Of a stretch of 64,000 nucleotides of DNA, positions 11,960 to 23,060 are shown piece by piece (the stretch's first letter is position 1; each line of letters opens with the position of its first letter). Where the stretch lies: assembly GCF_000181795.1 (NCBI RefSeq), contig NW_003526943.1, positions 6,540,122-6,604,121 on the forward strand, written 5' to 3'. This stretch comes from Trichinella spiralis. Lineage: Eukaryota. The position numbers and the translations under genes are program-made. A model generated the notes under the pieces. That model made no database searches and was not told the DNA's origin. It saw only the letters and a list, made by a program, of their open reading frames with translations.

Positions 11960-14900
11960 TCAATATATTTTATTAGAAGATTCGGGAGATTGAACTTCAC
12001 GAACCACGCGATGACCAGCTTTTCGTTGTAAAGCATCTAAACAAAATTTTCTATTATTTCCATTATTATCAATATCGTATAAATGAATTATGCATGAATT
12101 GAAATTCACATTCAAATTTTAATCCCAACAAACTGAACGTCACTTTCCAAACCCCAAAGCATGCAACATTACTTCGCATTTCAATTCAACTCGCTTTCAA
12201 TAATATGCATTTACTTTACAAACTGACTCATAATTTAATTTTTTAATGTAAAACACTGCTTGCGATGTAATCTGGTTTCCTTTTCACCTGTATTCAATAT
12301 TATTAAGCATCACGCAGCATTTTCTCTATTTTACACCCTTTTCTTGTTCAGCTGTACCAAGCATTTTCTCACATTTGAAATATTGTTCAACCACAAAAAA
12401 ACTTGCAAAACAAGCAACACGAACATCAAAAAAAACTGTGCAATTTTTACTTATTACCAAATTTAAAATTACAACCAATGCAAACAGTAAATAACATTCG
12501 ACTGTGTGAAGAGCTTTCGAACCGCTAGCAATTCACTTACTATTGCTAACATTTTCTGTGCATCCATTCACTTCGGTGAAAGATCCATCAGCAGCTGAAT
12601 TGGAAGTTGGACTTCGCCGGTTCGTTTCCGCAAAATCAGAATCTTGACTTTCACCTGAAAAATCAGTTAATACTGGCATTATAAACATGTATGAATGAAA
12701 CATCAACACATTTGTGCAAAACGCTGCCCACTTTTTCCTACATTACTAATGTACCATTTTTACATGCATTTTTAGACTATTCTGATTTTCTATCCGCAAG
12801 ATTCTAAAATTATTACAGACATATCTATATAACTTGTTAATCTGCTGATTCATATATGAAATACTGCTGTAAATAAGTAAAGGAAACATACCATAAGAAC
12901 ATAATTCAACAGATATACCAGAATCAGCATTAATATCGCCAAAAGAGGAACCATGTTCTTGCGTGGATTCTAGAACAAAAATTTTAAACAGAATAAAATA
13001 ACATCAAAAAGTTTTAAAATTCAATAATAATAATCATAATTGTTTACGTTCACAATACACATGACGTTCTTCGTCGGAATGGCGTATAACCGACGACCTG
13101 AATGCGCCACCATAGGAGGATGCAGTAGCCGAATCTTCGATGGTCGACACAGGCCGATCAGATTTGACATTCAAGCTGGAAGATTGCTCAGCTGACGCCT
13201 CGAGAAGGCCAACCCGTCTAGCAGATTTCCAACATGGCGATACGGTGTCTACCAAAGTCCGATCTTTACCATCACCTGAGGGCAGTTGATGATGATCCAT
13301 TTCGGAGAGTCTGCTACCACTCTGACCTTCAACTGCTTCTGTCTGCTCAATATCAGCAGTACTGATCGAAGACAACGATTTGCCATCGCTACATTTCCAT
13401 ACATTATGATGTGCAGCAGCAGAAGATGAAGCAATAGGGTCTGCAACGACTCTTTCAGTAGGTCTGCTATAATTTATTATTATTATTATTATTACCGTTA
13501 CTGTTGTTGCTGCTGCTGCCGCCGCCGCTATTACTGGTGTTAGAAGCTGATATTTTATCTGACTTCAAGTCACGCTGGTTTGGCACACGGCGCATCTCTT
13601 TATTGCGCCGCCTCCGCTTGGACCACATTTCGTGACAATCTTGCCACGTTGGAAGCCTTCAAAGAATAATTAAAAATTTAATACTGGATCAAGCCATATA
13701 TATCAACGTAAATTACTTTGGCGGTGTCACATTGCCTGGGTTAATGGAAACGAGCCATGGTGAACGAAGCGCTGCCTCAGCGCTGCACCGCTTCTTCGGG
13801 TCCAATGTGAGCATTTGATCAAGCAAATCCAACGCTGCTGTCGGTATCCTGTACAGCAAAATAGTCAAAATCAAGCGACCAACTGCAACTTTGGAATGCT
13901 TACTGCCGAAATTGATCGCGCAAGCATCGTTTGTAAAGCTTCTTCAGCCGGATCGTCTCAAACAATGGCAAATCAACTACTTCTGGCCAAACGAGCGGCG
14001 TTGGTGAACCGCAAATTCGAGAAATCAACTCCAACTGCATCAGTTCACTTCCACCTTGGAACAGGGGGCGTCGAGTGAACAACTCACCAAGAATGCAGCC
14101 AACACTCCAAACGTCAATTGCCGGGGTGTAACGTTCCTCGCCCAGCAACAACTCAGGAGGACGGTACCAAAGCGTAATTACCTTGTTAGTGTACGGTCGT
14201 ACCTTATCTCTCTGATACAAGCGTGCAAGACCAAAATCAGCTAACTTAATCTCACCACTAAAAATAACATTATACTCACAGTGTATAGAAGAAATCAATC
14301 GATCAATAAAATTGCTATTACTTATTGTTCAACAATATATTGGAACATTTAATATCCCGATGAAGAAAATTCTTCGAATGACAATAGGCCAGGCCCGACA
14401 AGAGTTGCTTGATAAAAGAACCAATGTGCAGCGTAGAAAATTGAACAAAACCACTTTCCAACAAGCCCATCAAATCATGATCCATATATTCGAACATTAA
14501 GTAAAATCCACCTGAAAAAAAAGTTTCATTGAATTTTCAAAAACTTTGAAACCGCAACGTTTATTTATCAATTAAATCATCATAAAAAAGCCACTAAAGC
14601 AAAGCCGTGAAACTTTATAGATTATTCATTTTTACACAGCAAAACATTTTCGAAAACAAAATAAATAAATAAGCACATAACAATTAATTTACCTTTTTCT
14701 ATGCATCGATCACGCGCAATGTCTTTCAACTGCACAATGTTCGGATGATTAAGCTGACGTAAAATTTTTATTTCACGAATTGCAGTTATTGGAAAGCCTT
14801 CTTTTTCATTATCCAATCTCACTTTCTTCAACGCTACTAAATCGTCTGATAACAAATGGTAATAAATAATTAGTTATGTTTTCCTGATAATAAGGTACAG

Positions 14901-17900
14901 AAAAAAAAACAATTACTCAAACCACGATGCTTCGCTTTGTACACTTGGCCGTAAGTGCCTTCACCAATTTGCTGCAATACTTCGTATTCATCGACACAAG
15001 CCACGCTCCATTTCGATTCCAATCTGTTCAACTTGTTTCGCACTCTGCATACACAAAAAAAAGTAGTAAACAATTTGAAAAAAAACATTCCAAAAACAGT
15101 CTGCTCTACGTACCTTGGCTTGCTTAATCGATGACGCCCTTTCAGCAAGGATTCTTTTGGAGAAGATGAAGTCATCATCCCTGAGAAATAGGAAAAAAAA
15201 ATCTGATTGACAGTTTTCTAAAAATTTCAACAAAACTCAACTACATCATACTCACCAGTTAAATCTGGCAGCGGAAGCGGCGGCAATGTATGAATTTTGA
15301 ACGCACTGCTTGTAGGCTGATGGGGGTGTGGAATTTTTGAAGTAGAAGCAACAGGCACGTTGTTTTCAGTCGCTTCTGCTACTAAATTTCTCTCCATATC
15401 CTTTAAAACGTTTAAAAAAAGTAATTAAACGGGTACTGCGGGCAAAGCATATTATCTGCTCACCTTAACTTTATCTAATTCCATTTTTACATTGTCAGCA
15501 TTTCCATCTGTTGCTGTTACTTGCTAAAAATTCAAACAACGGATTATCAATAAAGCTGCTATATTGAATGGGAAAGACAACTTTTTTCAACTCTTTTCCT
15601 TCCACATTTTGTTGTGAATGATGTAAATCCTTTTTATCCGAGCTATCAACATGATGGGTACTGCTTTTCCCTTTAAAGCTAATTTCTGACTTCAAACTTG
15701 ACCGATAATTTATTCTAGAAAAGGAAAGAACGACAATAAAAAAATTACGTAAAATTTAATAAAATACTTACCTTGCAATCTCTTTTCGTGTGAGAGCAGA
15801 ATTCCTGTTCACTGGAGAAAATTCTGCGCTCGAAGCACGCGACTGGGAAGATCGTGAAGTATTTCGTCTATATCTGAGTGGTGAGCTAAAGCGAAAAAAC
15901 ATTCATTAAATTAAATTAAGAAATATCAACAGCAAAATGCTATTACTTATTTCGCCAAGAGCAATTCCGTCGGCTTGCAGAATCCCTTCGAGATCTACTT
16001 GCCTGTCGCCTCGAACGAGAAGATACTCTGTAACCAGAAAAACTTGAAAATGATGATCGTGAAGATGTAGACGATGGTGATCGTGATGCAGGCCCCGTCG
16101 GTCTGCGATTTGACGCTCGAAAGCTGAAATAAAAAAAGAAAATTTATCCTCAAAATAATAAATAAATCATATAAATGTAAGACTACCTGGACATCCGATT
16201 CCACTGGACTGTTGGGCTTTGGCGTGAACTATGCTGGCGTAAATCGGATGCACATCGTTTGCGCGTTGGTCCAGGTGAAGGGCTTTCTCGATATCGTCTG
16301 TTCATATGAGAATAGCAGAACTCTCGACGATCCGGAGAGGGCGCTCCCCTAATAATAAAAAAATTATAAACTTCAACTGAAAGCAAACAATTCATAAACA
16401 ACATCAAAACATAACTTAAGTGGATAAAATATTCATTTTGTTTTAAATTATTATTTACAATCATATATGAAAGTAACAGCAAAAAAATGAAACTTTCCAC
16501 CTTTCAATTCTTGTAAAACTGATTTTAAAAAATGCTCAAAAACCACCTCACACTGCAACAGAATTTCATGTGAAGTACTGCTAATTTAAAATTCGAGTCT
16601 TTTTTCCTTAAGACCGAAAAATCTGACTGCTAGCATGCACAGCAAAAACTAACAAATATTGTCCAATAAGTTTATAAAAGCAGTTGATGCTTTAAAAAAC
16701 AAAAAATAATTAAAATAACATTTCTGAAAATAAAAATAACTAGCCAATAACTGAAGTCAGATAAAAATTTTTTTACATGCTGATGTAAGAACTTTATTCC
16801 CTTCATTCTAATTTTCTTATTTAATTAGTAAAAAATTTAATTAATACTAATAAGATTAAAAACTTTTAAATTCATTTCCAACAACTTCAGCAAAAGTAAA
16901 CTGAACGCAATATCAGCAGCTGCCATTCATCAAGATAACTGCAGCATACTGTACCACCTTGCGCATCAAAATAAATACAGAATGACTAGTCTTGTAAGCA
17001 AACAATGCAAACGCATTGAAAAAGGGAAACAGAAATCAAAGGCTACTGCACATCTGAAATTCCCATTTTTCTTTCATTAAAAAATTGATCCGATGAATTC
17101 TACTTATTTAAACAACACAACCCACCCAGAAATAAATACCGCACAGAAACTAGGTAGGAAACGCTAAATAAGGCTCTTCTTTAACTAACTGTCAGTAAAC
17201 ACTCTCCGTACCTCAACAGAAGTGAAGTTCAAGAAATACAAACATCTTTCAGTTTAACAAAGAAATGAACATTAAATAGTAGGGAAAACAAGTCCGGCCA
17301 GTTTTAACGTTATTTTATCACAAAAAATTTCACCATAAAAGCATAATTACGAAAAAACGCTCTGTTCTGTAGCTTACCGTTCTGTAGAAACTGAAGAACT
17401 GCGATGTCGGTTGAGCGGACGGTGACGGATAGGGTTTTTCGCAGGACTGCGAGTTCTCAATCTCTGCGGAGAATATCTTACAAGACGATCTCTTGGAGGC
17501 GATGCTTTAACCGAATTAGGGCCAACTCTTCGTGATTTCATTTTCGGCTTTTCCGCATCGTCCATTAACGACATTTTCAAGGCGCTCTTTCCACTCAGCT
17601 CCGATGACAACCTGGACGATACATTGCGCTTCTCATGCTGCTTCGGCGTCCTCGCTGTGCTTTGTTTATAACCACTGGATTCGGGCAGCGTGGAATCGTC
17701 TATTGCCCACCGAACAGCTTCCGATGTAGATTTACTGTTCTCAGCCTTTCTTCGAATAGTAGAATCAGACGATTCCTTTAAACTTTGCCTCGAATCTTCT
17801 GTGAGCTTTGTTCGTTTTGGTATAACCGTCGATTTTGATGTTTTCACGCTGCTGCGACTATCATTTTCTAATGATGCGGTTGTCTTCATTCGGCGAACTC

Positions 17901-18180
17901 TTTGTTCTTGTTTTTGCAGATGACTTTTCCTAGCATTAGTTGATTCAACGGAACGAACACGAATCTCACCTGGTTCTACAGGTTCATCGTCTTCGTTCAC
18001 ATCAGATACATCAAATTCTGCGCAGGACGATTTATACAAAGGACCTCGAGAGTCGGACACATCTTCCAATGCATCGAAATGACGACTAGAATGCTCAAAA
18101 CCATCGACTGCCGTACGACCAGAAGATATCTTTTTCTGCATTCGAGCATCCTCATTTGTCTTCAAGTGATGCTTAGGCAT
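11960..18180 (-). CDS. CDK12: Cyclin-dependent kinase 12/13, multi-exon
   Basis: Arg/Ser-rich N-terminus; kinase motifs [53 protein letters not shown]-terminal extension [17 protein letters not shown]. The last exon is inferred at 12036-11960. CDK12 versus CDK13 cannot be resolved. Confidence 0.93.
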
Positions 18181-19578
18181 GATTGAAAATTTAAAAAGTC
18201 AAAAAGAATATCTTTTCAAGGTCAACAGTATATTTGTTTTCCTTTTGTTTTGGAGTCCACTTTTATAATGCTTTTAAAACGACAGTAACTTATTCACTAT
18301 AAAAATGAACAACCTAAAAATTCAGTTCTGTTGGCTGTCTTTTCAGTCGGCCTCCATAAAACTGTGGATGCGCTAACACAGAGCCGCGCTTAGCGCCAGA
18401 GTGCAAATGACTACCATGCTAGAGTATACTATAAAAATGATTCGCAGGTACAATAATTAGAGAAATCGGCCGCTATCATAATAACACTTTTTTACTTTAA
18501 TTCAAAAATATGTTATTAGTTACAAAAATTAATTTAAAAATTGTTTTAAATATAAATCACAAATTATCGTAATTAAAAAATTCAAAATTAAGCAAATCAA
18601 TTTTCCTTTGTTGATAAACAAATTTCTTTATTGAAAAGAACATTGCACTAAAAATATTCCAACGTTCCATGTTATAACTGAAAAATAAAACTAAATTTAT
18701 TTCTGAAAAATCTAAAATTTTTAAAGTAACTCACTGACGATCATTTTTAGCACTTAGTTTTCATGAAAAAATCGAATCATAATTTCCAATCGAAAATCAA
18801 AAAAGCGAATCGAAAAATAAAATAAAAAATAATTAATAAAATATTTCAATAAATTATGTTAAGTAAAATAACATTGCTCATCAAAATTATCATCGCATTA
18901 AGCTATCATTAAAAAAACATGCAAAACAAGATTTTTAAAATTACTCTGCAAATTTTAAACTAGATTATTATGCTAAAGGCAATTTTTTAATAACTTGAAG
19001 TGCAAAGAAAACTGCTTATTATGGAGAACTGCTCTGCCAGAGATGAAAATTTTCACGGTCTGTTCCATTTCAAATATATTTCAAACGCTATTTCTACTTA
19101 TATAAATATTAAAAGAAATAATTCAACAAAATTATTTTCAAAACTGTTTCTGATTAAAATAGAAACCACAAAAGTCATTCCAATTATAAATTCAACAGAT
19201 AGACAATGTTAATAAGATTAATGCATTATTTAAAACAAATCTCCATAAACATAAATACTTGTAAAAAGCTAGCTTGTTTTCTCAGGCAACATTGCTTTAC
19301 CGATATTTAACAGATAACAAGCAAAATCTGAAAGCAAAGACAGCAGTTGATTCACAGCTGTGATGACAATTTTTTAAATAAATTAAACAGCTATTATGTA
19401 GCTACGAATCTGAAAGCCTGAATATGTTGCACTGCCATAAATGCGAATCAAATTTACACAGGAACAAAATCTTTCTCACTTACGTCCTGAATAACAAAAA
19501 AATCTGAAAAATTACTCACTGTTATCACGGTGAACATGATATCGAGTTCAGCCAGCAGCTTGAATTAAATTCCGGAGG

Positions 19579-19640
19579 TAGCTACCCCTCCTCCTTTTAC
19601 AACCGGGCTTGGGACCGGCTTAGGCGGAGTTCTGCAGCCA
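19579..19640 (-). ncRNA. Twister (P1-type) self-cleaving ribozyme
   Basis: Minus strand reads UGGCUGC-AGAA-CUCC-GCCUAAG-CCGG-UCCCAAGC-CCGG-UUGUAAAA-GGAG-GAGGG-GUAGCUA. It forms P1 (7 bp), P2 CUCC/GGAG, P4 CCGG/CCGG, pseudoknots T1 (CCC/GGG) and T2 (GC/GC), with catalytic A (19631) and G (19590). Confidence 0.88.
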
Positions 19641-22207
19641 TAATTAAAATCACATGTTTAAATTTGAAAACAACGATTATAATTCATCAGGATTAAAAAA
19701 ATTCCACTTTAATTTCTATAATACTACCTATCCCACAACTTTCAAATGTCTTTAAATCATCAGCGGCCGTTGTTTTAATTATACTCATTTTTATGATAAA
19801 ATTTTATTTAGAATGTTTTTGCATCATCTTTTGCATTTTGCAACATGCTTTAACGACGAACATGGCTGATTATCATACTTATATCACCTCACAACTTCAT
19901 AAAATGACAACCGAAAGAAAATCTTTATATTTCATCAAATCCTTAAATGTCAATTCACCAGCTGTGCAAAAGATTTCCCCCATAAAGGAATATTGCCAAA
20001 CCGAAAAAATTCTGCAGAACGCCACTGTGTACTTTACATAGATTCCCTAAATGCCACTGATGACAAAATCAGTAACTGATTGTTTCAAACTTAATTAACT
20101 TACCTTAAATTAAAAAGTTACGCTTTCATCAATATAAATTAAAAAAAAACAATGCAGTGAAGTTCATAATCTTCTGCTACTACTATTACAATTCGATGTC
20201 TACATAATTTTTAAAAAATTATTCAAAAAATCTACTTTCCTTCAACATCCATGTACAATTCTTCAATCACTCTCACTGTACTTTTTCACTATACATAATT
20301 TGGAAAAATGTAAATGTAATATAACTTTAAGCTGAAAATATTTCAAACAAATCTAACAGTACACTTCTCTAAATTAATATTATTTCAATAAAGACTACAA
20401 TGCCACCTGCTATAAAATCCATGCATTTACAATGCTCCTGCCAAGCATTAAAGCTATTCCCAAACTTTAAAAACTTTTTCCTTCCTTTGAATTAAAATAA
20501 AATTTTTACTAATAAAACAAAGCTTTCGTAGTGGTAAAATTAGGTTGAAAAAAGAAATGTGTTTGAAAAATACTTTGTAAGCCTAAAAACATTTTAATAA
20601 ACAACTAGCTGTGAAGTAGTAAAATAAACATTAATATTTTGCAATAAGAAATATCGCAAATTTTTTTTCTTTAAGAAATCACATCATTTACAGTCACAGT
20701 GACAGCTTATAGTGATGAGACAAAATTTCTCTTTATCTAATTATACAGAATCAAAAATAATATATCAGCGTAACAAATATCATCACCCACCACTATAAAG
20801 TTTTGCTATCTTTTCAATTTGCTAATTTAGGACGTGATGTAGAGAACGCCTTTTCAGTAATCTCCTTTTCTTACTACAGCGCTTCGCTTTTATGCAAACT
20901 TTTGGAGTGAAGAATGAAACAGTGGATAAGCTATTTCGAGAAATTCTGAGACCACCTTTCTCCGCTTGAACTGAAAAAAAAGCCATAGAACCTCAACAAA
21001 ACTTAACTTATAAAAACTGCCTAAGAGCATTTTCGAAAAGTTATGCATATAATTAGAATGAATACCAAAGCTGATTAAATGGAACTAAATTCTAAATAAA
21101 TTTAAAATACATGAAAAAATTTCTTTTCCACTTTGCTGTTTCTACATTTAAAGCACACAATATGGTGCATCCATCAGCTAATCAGAACTTCTCATTGTTA
21201 AATACAACCTATAAATGTTGAAAAATTTCTGCTAAACAATTAATGAAACTAAATCAAAATCTGTTATTCATAAATACTGAAGTTGCCAATTAATCGTATT
21301 GAAATACGAGTTGCCAAATAACAGGAATGAACAATTATCCAGCAATTTCCAGAAGCCCATCTGTGTAGCATAACTTGCAGGTCATCGGCAAATATTACCA
21401 ATGTTTAAAAAAGAACTACAAAACCGTTTTCCAAGCGTCTTCTTTCCTTTAAAAAAGCAGCGCATTATTGCCGGACGCTTAGCTTCCACATGCATTTGTT
21501 ATCAAACAAAATAAAAAACAAATCTGGCCCATCAAATTTCAACAAACTCGTCCAGATCAGATGTAATAAGGTGAATAAATCTAAAATTCCAAAATGGAAG
21601 TGCACAAATGGCAGTGCAGAAAGCTGCTGGAGGCAAACGAGCCAAAGTCTTAACTAAATGGGACACAAACCGACGTTTACTGAAAACGATCTTGTCCAAT
21701 TCACAAATCATTTTCACCAGTCCAAATCGTCCAAAGCAAAGTGAAAACAACTGCATGCAATTTGTACTTAAACCTATATAAAATATACAAATTTCCACAC
21801 TTCCACCAGCGTCATCATAAGTGAACATCCTCCAATTACACATTTCACTACAGTAATGCAGCAAGCAAACAGCTACCATAACTGAAAAGCAAGTTCAACA
21901 TGCCTAATTGAACGTTGTTTTTAGTGAAATAAAAAGCATAAAAAAGAAAAAAAAATCTATTTTATCAAAAATTATACACAAATAAAATTTTATAAAATAT
22001 TTATGAATTTTACGAGCGTTTTTCAAATAATTTTTATTAATACTATGAAAATTAACTACTCTTTTGAAATAATCCCAATATGCGGTAAACACTTTTAAAT
22101 ATTTGCATATGAATTATTCAATTATGCATTTTATATAGTATAATAATGTGTTAATTATAATTTTATCGCTAAATTCACGTTGTTAAACTTTCGAAATTCA
22201 CTGCTTA

Positions 22208-22630
22208 TGTAACGGACTTTCCGTCACAGCAGGCGGGTCGGGCACCGCCTTGTTGTTCTCGGCAGGGTTATCACCCAGTCCGAGTTGACCTTACGGCCAA
22301 CTACTCTTCTGGAGGAAGATATGTGTGGTGAATGATTTACAGGACGAACACCAAACAATCATTTCAAATGTTTATTACACCGTGCTACTAACAGCCACCA
22401 CAAAAAATCACAGCACATTCGAGCGATCACCAAAACCGCTCACCACAAATCTGCCACGTGCCTCTGACCTACCGTACTCTGCCACCGATTGTCAGGTCCA
22501 AATGTGCCTGCTACGGTAACCGAGTGTCGTAGGCCATAATCAGCTCGGATAATGATCCATGTCGTTTCCTGATCTTTCTTCGTTGACTATGGAGTATAAC
22601 TGGTGTCATCAGCTAGCCGGGACTGTTACA
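22208..22630 (-). mobile_element. Solo LTR (423 bp), Ty3/Gypsy-type
   Basis: Ends TGTAAC...GTTACA, 4-bp TSD CTTA on both sides (22204-22207, 22631-22634), GC-richer than flanks, minus-strand AATAAA near 22371. Confidence 0.88.
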
Positions 22631-23060
22631 CTTATTTTGTTGAGAATGTAATGTTACAGATGAAACAATATTGTTATCTTATTAATGAATTATATATTTA
22701 ATTAAAACTTTAATGTATGTTAAATTTTGATGTTGACTTTTCAAAAACAATAAACAGTCCCTGAAATTGCTTGTTATTAGTTATTCTTATCTTATTGAAC
22801 ATCACTAAATTGTATCTTTTACATTTATAATTCGTTGTCGATCTGCATTACAAAAGCAATTCGCATTTGCTTATTCCACAAAAATCAATTCTGTTTATGT
22901 TTTGATTTGATAAAATGAAAATTTTCAAACACTAGATAACAACTACGTCAAAGCAACAAAATATTAATTTAAGTATGCAAAATGTTCTTGGAAATTTATA
23001 TTAACAACAGCAAGTAAAAATCTTATTGAAAATTTACAAAAAGTCAAATAAGATATCACA

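Noticed and set aside
20055..20092. CTGATGA followed by an AATCAG/CTGATT hairpin (hammerhead-like)
   Set aside because: No GAAA after the stem and no stems I/III with an NUH site.
20399..20416. Second CTCF-like word (TAGCAGGTGGCA)
   Set aside because: Lacks the near-invariant C of the core; likely chance.
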